Of a stretch of DNA of 17,030 nt, positions 7,734-15,909 are shown piece after piece; the stretch's first letter is position 1; each line of letters opens with the position of its first letter. The notes beneath the pieces were generated by a model that made no database searches, was not told the DNA's origin, and saw only the letters and a list, made by a program, of their open reading frames with translations. Made by a program: the position numbers and the translations under genes. The DNA comes from Bacteroidia bacterium (GTDB lineage Bacteria; Bacteroidota; Bacteroidia; Bacteroidales; VadinHA17), in the NCBI GenBank assembly GCA_026391215.1, contig JAPLDX010000114.1, positions 1-17,030 on the forward strand. The letters are read 5' to 3'.

Positions 7734-9362
7734 ATGAAAGCAATATGTCTTGGATTGTTCATAGTAATCTTAAGTTCGACTTTGTCCTTAGCACAGGATT
7801 CTCCTGCCCCTGCAGCAGCGCCAACTGTTCGTACCGCTTCAGGGACCTTGCGAGGTGTAACAAATGGAGATGTCGACAGTTTCCTGGGAATTCCCTATGC
7901 TGCTGCTCCGGTTGGTGAGTTTCGCTGGCGTCCACCCCAACCTGTTGTCGCATGGCAGGGAGAGCGTGATGCCAGCAAGTTTGGCGAGACTTGCGCAGCG
8001 GCAGGATGGGGTGCTGCTCAAGGATCAATTCAGGAGGGTTCATCGGAAGATTGCCTGTTTTTAAATATATGGCGGCCTGCAGGAGCCGTACAGGGGGCAA
8101 AGCTGCCGGTTATGGTTTGGATACACGGAGGCGCCTTTGTGGGAGGCAGCGGTAACACTTCCGGAGATCAGTTTGCCAAACAGGGTGTAATCCTGATTAG
8201 CATCAATTACCGTCTTGGGCGCCTTGGTCATTTTGCATTCCCCGCGCTGAGCAGGGAGCATCCGGAAGAACCCAAAGGCAGTTACGCATTCATGGACCAG
8301 ATAGCAGCCCTCAGGTGGGTACAGCAAAATATTGCAGCATTCGGGGGTGATCCTGAAAATGTTACTATTTTCGGTTTTTCTGCGGGTGGCGTTTCGATAC
8401 ATTCACTCCTTACCATACCAGCCGCACAAGGTCTTTTCCAAAAGGCGATCAGTCATTCCGGAGGTGGGCGGGATGGCGTTTTGACCGGCAGGCCGATCAG
8501 TAAAGAAAATGCATCTCCATACTACCCTGTTTCAGCGGAAACTATCGGAATAAACTTTGCCCGTAAACATGGGATCGAGGGTACAGATGCGGCCGCACTG
8601 GCCAGACTACGTGCCCTGAAAGTTGAAGAGATTGTGGACGGGGGACAGGAAAATGATGGCCAGGGAGGTCCGCGTATCTATTCAGGCCCGATCCTCGACG
8701 GTAAATTTGTTGTAGAGACTGCTGAGAGTGCATACAAGGCAGGCAGGCAGGCACGCGTTCCGCTCATGATCGGTAATAATAGTGCAGAAATAGGAGGACC
8801 CTTTGTTAATGCCAGCAGCTCAAAGGAAGAACTGTTTTCACTGTTCGGGGAACTTGAAGATGAGGCAAAAGCTGCCTATGATCCTGATGGTAAAAAAGAA
8901 TTCGCTGAGGTAGTCACAAGGTTTAACACGGACAAGGTATGGGCAGAGCCTGCACGGTTCACCGCGAGTTCTTTTGCCGCCGTTGGTGATCCAGCCTACA
9001 TTTTTCTCTTCTCTTACGTACCAGCTGCCATGAAGGAGCGGATGCGGTTCGGCCCCGGACACGGAACCGATATTTCTTATGTGTTCGATAATCTAAGAGC
9101 ACCGGATGGAGCAACCGTAGCACCTGAGGATAAAGAGGTCGCCAGGATGATGAACGCCTATTGGGTGAACTTCGCCAGGACCGGCAATCCTAATGGTAAA
9201 GGTCTGCCGAAATGGCCTGTTTACAGTCCCAGGAAAAACAAAATACTCGATATACAACCTGATGGTGTACCAGTCGGTAAGCCTGATCCAAGGAAAGCGA
9301 GACTGGACGTGATTGAAAAGGCAGTGAACATGGGGGATAAGCTACAACCAAATGGTATTTAA
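7734..9362 (+). CDS. Secreted type-B carboxylesterase (COesterase family)
   Basis: [49 protein letters not shown] and His motif [10 protein letters not shown]. Signal peptide SLA|Q. Confidence 0.95.
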   Translation: MKAICLGLFIVILSSTLSLAQDSPAPAAAPTVRTASGTLRGVTNGDVDSFLGIPYAAAPVGEFRWRPPQPVVAWQGERDASKFGETCAAAGWGAAQGSIQEGSSEDCLFLNIWRPAGAVQGAKLPVMVWIHGGAFVGGSGNTSGDQFAKQGVILISINYRLGRLGHFAFPALSREHPEEPKGSYAFMDQIAALRWVQQNIAAFGGDPENVTIFGFSAGGVSIHSLLTIPAAQGLFQKAISHSGGGRDGVLTGRPISKENASPYYPVSAETIGINFARKHGIEGTDAAALARLRALKVEEIVDGGQENDGQGGPRIYSGPILDGKFVVETAESAYKAGRQARVPLMIGNNSAEIGGPFVNASSSKEELFSLFGELEDEAKAAYDPDGKKEFAEVVTRFNTDKVWAEPARFTASSFAAVGDPAYIFLFSYVPAAMKERMRFGPGHGTDISYVFDNLRAPDGATVAPEDKEVARMMNAYWVNFARTGNPNGKGLPKWPVYSPRKNKILDIQPDGVPVGKPDPRKARLDVIEKAVNMGDKLQPNGI

Positions 9363-9442
9363 CCGGCAAGGTGAAGCATTGAAGGACCGTCTATCACAGA
9401 TCAGTGACTTGCATTTTTCTAAAAGCGCAAAATATTATAGAT

Positions 9443-10234
9443 ATGTCAATTAACAGAAATCATCATAATTACTTATCAATTATTCTGTTTATCGTTCTTG
9501 TTGGTTTTTCGCAAAAAATGTCAGCACAGGAAAAAGACAGTACCATTGCCAAAATAAATAGTTTTACCGGTGCTGTCACAATTCAAAGTAAAGGTATCTC
9601 CACAATTCCAAACCTGACATTAGGAAAACCTGCCATGGTCTTTGATATATCAATGGGAAGAAAACTGACTTTCGAACCTCAATTCCGATTTTCTCTTGAA
9701 GGAAAACCATGGGCCATGGTTTTCTGGTGGAGATATAAAGTATTGAGCAGTAATAAGTTTACAATGGATGTGCGTGCAAATCATTCCCTGTCATTCAAGT
9801 CCATTACTGATACATCATCCGGAACATCACAGGAAATAATCAGGACAACCAGGTACCTGGCAGGTGCAATAACGCCTAACTATCAGGTAAATAAATATAT
9901 AGGTATTGGGATGTATCTTTTTTATACCCGGGGGATAGAAAGATATATAACCAGAAATACCTATATGGTTTCGCTCAGACCGAGTATTTCTAACATCCCT
10001 ATCACAAAGAATATGGTTGCAAGGTTTGGTCCGGAGATATACTACCTGAAAATGGATGATAAGGATGGTGTGTATTTAAACACCACATTTTCAATTAGGA
10101 AGAAGAATTTCCCACTTTCAGTATCGGCATTGATAAATAAACCACTGAAGTCAAATATCCCATCTGAATATGATTTCCTTTGGAATGTAGGTCTGATTTA
10201 TGCTTTTAACAAAGAATACAGGGAAGTACGTTAG
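9443..10234 (+). CDS. Hypothetical exported protein, probable outer-membrane beta-barrel
   Basis: Signal peptide ending MSA|Q, alternating hydrophobic/aromatic strands, and a terminal strand FLWNVGLIYAF. ATG 9443 preferred to GTG 9404. Confidence 0.65.
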   Translation: MSINRNHHNYLSIILFIVLVGFSQKMSAQEKDSTIAKINSFTGAVTIQSKGISTIPNLTLGKPAMVFDISMGRKLTFEPQFRFSLEGKPWAMVFWWRYKVLSSNKFTMDVRANHSLSFKSITDTSSGTSQEIIRTTRYLAGAITPNYQVNKYIGIGMYLFYTRGIERYITRNTYMVSLRPSISNIPITKNMVARFGPEIYYLKMDDKDGVYLNTTFSIRKKNFPLSVSALINKPLKSNIPSEYDFLWNVGLIYAFNKEYREVR

Positions 10235-10379
10235 ATTTTGGAGAAATTCGTTACAAGAAAGCGATGTCAGTGAAGTTTCGTGTTAACTCCATGTTTTTTC
10301 TTTTTGAAGGACTATCAGATTGTCCTGATACATAATTATATATTTTTATTAGTATAAATGCAAAACAATTACATTCAAG

Positions 10380-11714
10380 ATGAAAAAAATTAAGCTGCTC
10401 TTCACCTCTATGGTTTTATTCGCATGTTTGTCGAATATCCACGCACAGGACTGGCCTCAGTACCTTGGACCAAACAGGAATAGTACATCACCACAGAAAG
10501 ACATTTTGCGAACCTGGCCAGCGAGCGGACCCGAAGTTCTATGGACAGTAAACGTGGGTCCCGGATATGGCGGCCCGGTCATCAAAGACGGCAAGGTCTA
10601 TTTACTCGACAGAGATGATAAGACAGGTGATATAATGAAGTGTTTTGACTTTAACACAGGTAAGGAATTATGGAAGTTCAGCTACGATGCCCCGGGATCT
10701 GTTATGTTTCCCGGCTCACGAAGCGTTCCGGCTGTGGACGACAAATATGTCTGGTCCTGTGGTCACAACGGAGATCTTTATTGTATAGACATCAAAACGC
10801 ACAAACCAGTCTGGAATAAAAATATCTGGACGGATTTTGGTGGAACACAGCTTCCAATCTGGGCTATCACTCAGTGTCCTCTTATCTATGGTGATCTGGT
10901 TATTGTATCATCCCAGGCTCCGGGAGCAGGAGTTGTTGCTTATAATAAGCTTACAGGCAAAATTGTCTGGAAAACACCAAATCTCGGGAATGAATCCTAT
11001 GCCAGTCCTGCAGTTATAAAAATAGACGGAAACGACCACATTGTCATGGTCATTTCATCTACCAATCCATTTGGTCATCGTGAACTGCCTCAAACCAAGG
11101 GCAGAATCGTTGGATTAGAACCCGGTACGGGAAAATTACTCTGGGATTACAATGAATGGGAATGTCATATTTCGGTACCGTCTGCTGTTGATGCCGGTAA
11201 TAATAAAGTGCTGGTCGCCGGAGGATATGAAAATGGAGTTGTAATGATTAAGGTTGAAAAAAAGACGGATGGTAGTTATGGCGTTAAAGAGCTATTTAAG
11301 CATAACGATTTTGGAGATCATACCAAGCCGCCCTTATTATATAATGGTTACTTCTACGCTCAGTTCTCAACAAACAGCAAACGTGACGGTCTGGCTTGCA
11401 TGGACATGAATGGAAAGGTCTTGTGGAAAACTATGAGGGCTCCGGCTTTCGATAAAGGAAGCATGATACTTGCCGACGGACTTATTCTGGCTACTGACGG
11501 CAGGAAGTCCTTGTATTTTATAGAGCCTGATACATCCGGATTCAAACCTCTTGCATCGGCTGAAGTGCTTAATGAAGGAGGACTATCAGGTGATGATCCA
11601 ATGGCTTCAAGAATTGGAGGGGCAGCTCAGAACTGGGCACCGCTGGCGCTTGCCGGGGGCAGGCTCCTGATCAGGGATCAAAGCCGGTTAATATGTGTCA
11701 GGATTGCTAAATGA
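10380..11714 (+). CDS. Secreted PQQ-like (BamB-type) beta-propeller repeat protein
   Basis: Signal peptide IHA|Q, start DWPQYLGPNRNS, and repeated Trp-docking motifs TGKELW, THKPVW, TGKIVW, TGKLLW and NGKVLW. Confidence 0.9.
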   Translation: MKKIKLLFTSMVLFACLSNIHAQDWPQYLGPNRNSTSPQKDILRTWPASGPEVLWTVNVGPGYGGPVIKDGKVYLLDRDDKTGDIMKCFDFNTGKELWKFSYDAPGSVMFPGSRSVPAVDDKYVWSCGHNGDLYCIDIKTHKPVWNKNIWTDFGGTQLPIWAITQCPLIYGDLVIVSSQAPGAGVVAYNKLTGKIVWKTPNLGNESYASPAVIKIDGNDHIVMVISSTNPFGHRELPQTKGRIVGLEPGTGKLLWDYNEWECHISVPSAVDAGNNKVLVAGGYENGVVMIKVEKKTDGSYGVKELFKHNDFGDHTKPPLLYNGYFYAQFSTNSKRDGLACMDMNGKVLWKTMRAPAFDKGSMILADGLILATDGRKSLYFIEPDTSGFKPLASAEVLNEGGLSGDDPMASRIGGAAQNWAPLALAGGRLLIRDQSRLICVRIAK

Positions 11715-11728
11715 TTCCCGTAAAGGCA

Positions 11729-11750
11729 ATCAGAACTTTTAAGTTCTGAT
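11729..11750. terminator. Perfect hairpin between convergent genes (possible terminator or binding site)
   Basis: ATCAGAACTT-TT-AAGTTCTGAT, 14 nt after the stop at 11714. It has no immediately adjacent U-tract. Confidence 0.4.
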
Positions 11751-11757
11751 AAGAAAA

Positions 11758-11811
11758 GGTTGCAACTTTTTTTTTGCCGAATATGAGTTTTTTGTCAGAG
11801 TTGCAACCAGG
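11758..11811 (+). repeat. GGTTGCAAC element, full copy B
   Basis: GGTTGCAAC-T9-GCCGAATATGAGTTTTTTGTCAGA-GTTGCAACC-AGG. It differs from copy A by 3 substitutions and one T in the homopolymer. Confidence 0.9.
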
Positions 11812-11849
11812 GATTCTCCACTGCTTTCCATCTGTCAAATAACCGTTCG

Positions 11850-12185
11850 TTATTTTGTAACCTCATTAAAATGCACCTGAGCCCACTCTATCATCTTCTC
11901 TATTATTGGCATCAGACTCAGACCAAGTTCTGTTAGCGAATACTCCACACGTGGCGGTATTTCAGCATAAGCTTTTCTTTTCAACAGATGTTCCTGTTTA
12001 AGGTGTTTCAAAGAGCTTGTAAGCATCTTTTGCGAAATGTCTGGTATTGCTTTCCTTATTTCCGTATAACGCATTTTGCCTTGCGCCTGAAGGCTGCATA
12101 ATATCAGCAAAGACCATTTGTCAGCAAACCGGCCTAATACATTTCTTATAGGACATGTCGGGAATCGTAAGTCAAGTTCTTTCAT
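11850..12185 (-). CDS. HxlR (MarR/DUF24) family winged-helix regulator
   Basis: TCPIRNVLGRFADKWSLLIL, ISQKMLTSSLKHL and YAEIPPRVEYSLTELG are HxlR signatures. The N-terminal CP motif is retained. Confidence 0.95.
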   Translation of the reverse strand: MKELDLRFPTCPIRNVLGRFADKWSLLILCSLQAQGKMRYTEIRKAIPDISQKMLTSSLKHLKQEHLLKRKAYAEIPPRVEYSLTELGLSLMPIIEKMIEWAQVHFNEVTK

Positions 12186-12204
12186 TCTTATGATTTTGTT
12201 GGTG

Positions 12205-12212
12205 CAAATATA
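12205..12212 (-). promoter_or_regulatory. -7 box for the HxlR gene
   Basis: Minus strand TATATTTG (TAnnTTTG), 19 nt upstream of the ATG. Confidence 0.6.
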
Positions 12213-12350
12213 TATCTTATACTCAAAAAGAGAGTAATAATACTAATAAGTCATTACTCTATTAAAGGATCTTTAAATTATTTGTTAAATATTGATATCT
12301 AAAATGTTGATAATCAATATTTCTAACCATATAGGTGCGTAAGATACCTC

Positions 12351-12382
12351 TTTGCAGGATTCCTCATGCTATCATAGCTTTG
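12351..12382 (+). promoter_or_regulatory. Consensus Bacteroidota sigma-A promoter for the precursor/radical SAM operon
   Basis: TTTG (12351-12354), 20 nt spacer, TAGCTTTG (12375-12382). This matches TTTG-N19-21-TAnnTTTG and ends 26 nt before ATG 12409. Confidence 0.75.
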
Positions 12383-12408
12383 CTGATTATTAATTTAAAA
12401 ATATACGA

Positions 12409-12720
12409 ATGAACAATTTGAACAAGTTAAATGGATGGGCAGGAGATGGTGGATATATTTCACGTACCTCTGCACAAAGCTACATGGTTTCAGGATCATT
12501 TGACATGACTTCTTCCGGTTGTGGTTCCTCATGTGGTTCAAAGGATGGCGATGCCAAGCCTACCCCTTCCTCTTGCGGAACCGGTGACAGCGAACCAAAA
12601 CCTTCATCATGTGGCGCTGGCGACAGTAAACCTGCACCTTCTGCCTGTGGTTCAGGTGAAGGTGACGACAAACCTAAAACATCAGCCTGCGGTTCCTCAT
12701 GCGGAAGTGGGGGAAAGTAA
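12409..12720 (+). CDS. acgA: Cys-Gly repeat RiPP precursor peptide (ACGX-repeat type)
   Basis: 103 aa: leader-like MNNLNKLNGW..., then seven S[SAG]CG units. It lies 19 nt upstream of a radical SAM/SPASM gene and behind a consensus promoter. The family name is recalled, not searched. Confidence 0.85.
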   Translation: MNNLNKLNGWAGDGGYISRTSAQSYMVSGSFDMTSSGCGSSCGSKDGDAKPTPSSCGTGDSEPKPSSCGAGDSKPAPSACGSGEGDDKPKTSACGSSCGSGGK

Positions 12721-12739
12721 AGATTTTAGTCATAAAATT

Positions 12740-13768
12740 ATGGAATACTTTGCTTTTCAATGGCACATAACCGACAGTTGTGACCAGCGCTGCCGGCATT
12801 GCTATATCTTCTCAGAAAACAATCATAACAATTTGAAAGAGATGTCCTGGACTGGGATAGAATCAGTTTTTGAAAATTGTCAGGATATGTGCAAGAAGGC
12901 AAATCGTATACCTTATTTCTATATTACAGGAGGAGATCCGATACTACACAGTCGTTTCTGGGATCTGATGGAATTGTTCAAGTCTCACAATATTGATTTC
13001 ACCATACTTGGAAATCCTTTCCATCTTAATGATAAAGTATGTAAGAAGTTGAAAGATTATGGATGCGAAAGGTATCAGCTATCGATTGACGGATTAAGGG
13101 AAACTCATGACGCAATGAGAAAAAAGGGTTCTTTCGATTCAACAATTGAAAAGATAAAATGCCTGCATAAAGCAGGTATCAGAAGTGCGATCATGACTAC
13201 AGTTTCAGGAGTAAATGCTGAAGAATTACCCGGGATTATCGATCTTGTTGTTGAAAATAAAGTTAATGTCTTTGCTTTTGCAAGGTACGCACCGACTAGT
13301 TTTGAAAAGAGTACACATCTGACACCTGATCAATACAGAAGCTTACTGGAAGTCTGCTGGCAGAAGTTTGAGCAATATAAAGACAGCGAAACAAGTTTTA
13401 ATCTCAAGGATCATTTGTGGACTCTATTTTTACACGAAAAGGGTCTTTTCAAAGTGCCAGAAAAACTTAATGACGATGTGATCTACGAAGGCTGCAACTG
13501 CTCTAATTGTCATCTCACAATACTACCTCAGGGGGAGGTTTATGCATGCAGACGGTTTGAAAGCAATATCGGTAATGCGTTTACTGAAAATCTATACGAT
13601 ATTTTCACCGGTGAAAAAATGGATGTTTACAGAGACTACAACAAATTTGAAAAATGTTCCTCATGTGAATTAAAAAGATTTTGCCGTGGCTGTCCTGCCG
13701 TAACATACGGGTATACAGGTAATTTTTATGGAGTTGATCCCCAGTGCTGGAAACAAATAGCAGGCTGA
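12740..13768 (+). CDS. acgM: Radical SAM/SPASM peptide maturase, ACGX-system type (342 aa)
   Basis: MEYFAFQWHITDSCDQRCRHCY (CxxxCxxC), ITGGDP, QLSIDG, and SPASM region GCNCSNC...GEVYAC...CSSCELKRFCRGC...DPQCW. The real start is ATG 12740; the 12521 extension overlaps the precursor. Confidence 0.9.
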   Translation: MEYFAFQWHITDSCDQRCRHCYIFSENNHNNLKEMSWTGIESVFENCQDMCKKANRIPYFYITGGDPILHSRFWDLMELFKSHNIDFTILGNPFHLNDKVCKKLKDYGCERYQLSIDGLRETHDAMRKKGSFDSTIEKIKCLHKAGIRSAIMTTVSGVNAEELPGIIDLVVENKVNVFAFARYAPTSFEKSTHLTPDQYRSLLEVCWQKFEQYKDSETSFNLKDHLWTLFLHEKGLFKVPEKLNDDVIYEGCNCSNCHLTILPQGEVYACRRFESNIGNAFTENLYDIFTGEKMDVYRDYNKFEKCSSCELKRFCRGCPAVTYGYTGNFYGVDPQCWKQIAG

Positions 13769-13782
13769 AAAGCGAATTTGTA

Positions 13783-14751
13783 ATGAAAGCAGTCGTATTA
13801 TATAAAACCTGTGAGCCTGAACAACTTACTGTAAGTGAGGTTTCAATACCGGAGGTGAAACCAGGCTGGGTACTGATCAAAGTAAAAGCTTTTGGACTCA
13901 ACCGCTCAGAGCTGATGATGCGGGAATATGAAGGAAATGCGCCATATATCACTTTGCCTCGAATCCTTGGAATTGAATGTGCGGGAGAAATCGCCGATGG
14001 TTCGGATAGTGGATTCAGGAAAGGACAGCGGGTGGTTGCCCTCATGGGCGGAATGGGCCGGTCATTCGATGGCAGTTATGCCGAATACACAATGGTTCCT
14101 TCAAAAAATGTTTTTTCCGTAGGTAACACCTATGACTGGGAAGAATTGGGAGCCATCCCTGAAACGTATTTTACTGCATGGGGATCTGTCATGGATTGTT
14201 TGCAACTCAGCCCGCATGATACTCTCCTGGTTCGCGGGGGTACCAGTGCAACTGGACTGGCAGCTGTACAATTGGCCAAAAGCTGCGGAGCAACGGTACT
14301 GGCATCCACACGAAATGAAAATAAACATGAAATCTTGCTGCGACAGGGAGCCGATCATGTGGTGATCGATGATGGAACGCTTAAGGCACAAGTATTGAGT
14401 ATCTTTCCCTCCGGTTTAAACAAGATCCTTGAACTTATCGGTGCTGTTACTCTTCTTGAGTCAGCCAGCCTGCTAAGGCATCATGGGATTGTTTGTGTCA
14501 CAGGCATATTGGGTAAAAAGGGAACACTCGACAATTTCTATCCTGTTAAGGACCTGCCTTCCGGAGTATATCTGACAGGCTTTTCGAGTAATTCCCCTTC
14601 ACAGGCTGCAATAGATGATATTTTTGAACATATACATAAACATAACCTTCACCCTGCTATATCAAGAGTATTTTCTCTGGATGAGATTGGTCAGGCACAC
14701 ACATTAATGGAAAACAACACAGCTAACGGGAAAGTGGTAGTGAAAATATAA
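13783..14751 (+). CDS. MDR-superfamily NAD(P)H oxidoreductase, quinone-oxidoreductase-like (zinc-independent)
   Basis: MKAVVL start, VKAFGLNRSE (Asn in place of the catalytic-zinc Cys), LGIECAG, GSYAEY, VRGGTSATG, and C-terminal AHTLMENNTANGKVVV. ATG 13783 is 14 nt after the radical SAM stop. Confidence 0.9.
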   Translation: MKAVVLYKTCEPEQLTVSEVSIPEVKPGWVLIKVKAFGLNRSELMMREYEGNAPYITLPRILGIECAGEIADGSDSGFRKGQRVVALMGGMGRSFDGSYAEYTMVPSKNVFSVGNTYDWEELGAIPETYFTAWGSVMDCLQLSPHDTLLVRGGTSATGLAAVQLAKSCGATVLASTRNENKHEILLRQGADHVVIDDGTLKAQVLSIFPSGLNKILELIGAVTLLESASLLRHHGIVCVTGILGKKGTLDNFYPVKDLPSGVYLTGFSSNSPSQAAIDDIFEHIHKHNLHPAISRVFSLDEIGQAHTLMENNTANGKVVVKI

Positions 14752-14804
14752 GACAGTAACTAACTACCAAAACTGAACCTCGTAATGTATTAAATATCAA
14801 GATT

Positions 14805-15893
14805 ATGAAAACAATTAAAAACTTATTCATTATAATGCTGATAGTATTTGTAATGAATCCGGTTGTTGAAGGACAGATTGCTGATTTATTTGTCAATTCA
14901 AACTCCGGGAATGACCATAGCATTGGATCGAAAGAACAGCCATTGAAAACATTGAACGAAGCAGCTGAAAGGGTCAATCATGCCAATGGTAAAGGAGCTG
15001 TTACGATTTATCTTTCTGAAGGTATATATGGTCTGGATGCCACAGTAACCTTTCATCCGGTGAACTGGCATTTTTCTAAAGATGAACGATTGACTATCCG
15101 TGCAACAGTTTTACCGGATGATACCGGGTGGAACCCTGGAATGATGCCGGTAATTGTATCAACAATGCCTCTTGACTTTAAACCAAATGGAAGAGTGGAT
15201 CCCCTTGGCGGGGCATCGTACGGAATCCAGATTGAAACAAGCTTTGTTACCATTCAGGGTTTACGGGTCTTAGGTACCCCGGTTCATGAAAGGCCACAGG
15301 AAGGAATGGTAAGACGAAATTATCCCATTGTGAGAGAAGGTAGAAATCTCGATGATCTCAGAATTACTCAATGCCTGTTTGTCGGGGATAAGGTTGCAAT
15401 TCCTAACCATCTGGCAATTCTGGCCAGCGGACAGGGAATAGTAGTTGATCACTGTGTTTTTTATCACTGTAAAGATGCAATTGTATTCTGGTTTTCTGAT
15501 CGACCTGCCGAGCATTGTGAAGTACATCACAATCTATTTATTGGTAATTATGGCGCAAATGTTTGGTCATGGTCAGCCGCCGAAGATTTAAAATTTTACA
15601 ATAATGTTGTCGGGAGCACCAATGTTTTTTGGATCTTAAACAGAGATGAAAAAGTATCGTTTTCTCTTTCAAATTCTCTGATTGCTGGCTATAACGAACT
15701 TGTTAACAAAGGTGGAGGTCCTGGAGGTTTTGGTGAAAAAGCTGACCCGGCTAAATTGAAATTTGGCCAGGATGTTATTGTTAAAAAGGAAGGGACCGTT
15801 CAAATTGAGGAAGATCCTGTAAAAAGAAACTATTTACATCTGATGCCGGGCACAATGGGTGCTGACCTGGGAGCCGGGTTATTCACGAAGTAA
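14805..15893 (+). CDS. Secreted right-handed parallel beta-helix (pectin-lyase-like fold) protein
   Basis: Signal peptide VEG|Q, N-terminal LFVNSNSGNDHSIGSKEQPLKTLNEA...IYLSEGIY motif, and coil repeats VTIQGLRV, ITQCLF, VDHCVF, VHHNLF, FYNNVV. Confidence 0.75.
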   Translation: MKTIKNLFIIMLIVFVMNPVVEGQIADLFVNSNSGNDHSIGSKEQPLKTLNEAAERVNHANGKGAVTIYLSEGIYGLDATVTFHPVNWHFSKDERLTIRATVLPDDTGWNPGMMPVIVSTMPLDFKPNGRVDPLGGASYGIQIETSFVTIQGLRVLGTPVHERPQEGMVRRNYPIVREGRNLDDLRITQCLFVGDKVAIPNHLAILASGQGIVVDHCVFYHCKDAIVFWFSDRPAEHCEVHHNLFIGNYGANVWSWSAAEDLKFYNNVVGSTNVFWILNRDEKVSFSLSNSLIAGYNELVNKGGGPGGFGEKADPAKLKFGQDVIVKKEGTVQIEEDPVKRNYLHLMPGTMGADLGAGLFTK

Positions 15894-15909
15894 AAAAATT
15901 CAGCTATAC

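Noticed and set aside
12521-12739. 73-aa N-terminal extension of the radical SAM ORF, or a precursor-enzyme fusion by frameshift
   Set aside because: The extension is the +1 shadow of the precursor repeats. The G-GGA-AAG heptamer before the precursor stop would shift -1 into a frame that soon stops, not into the enzyme frame. ATG 12740 has a normal AT-rich context.
10380-13768. PQQ or mycofactocin biosynthesis (radical SAM/SPASM near a PQQ-like propeller)
   Set aside because: The precursor lacks the PqqA ExxxY and MftA IDGMCGVY cores, and no pqqB/C/D genes are present. The propeller is a generic BamB-like repeat protein in a different block.
13744-13782. Upstream GTG start for the MDR gene
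   Set aside because: It overlaps the radical SAM 3' end, and the family-typical MKAV start is at 13783.
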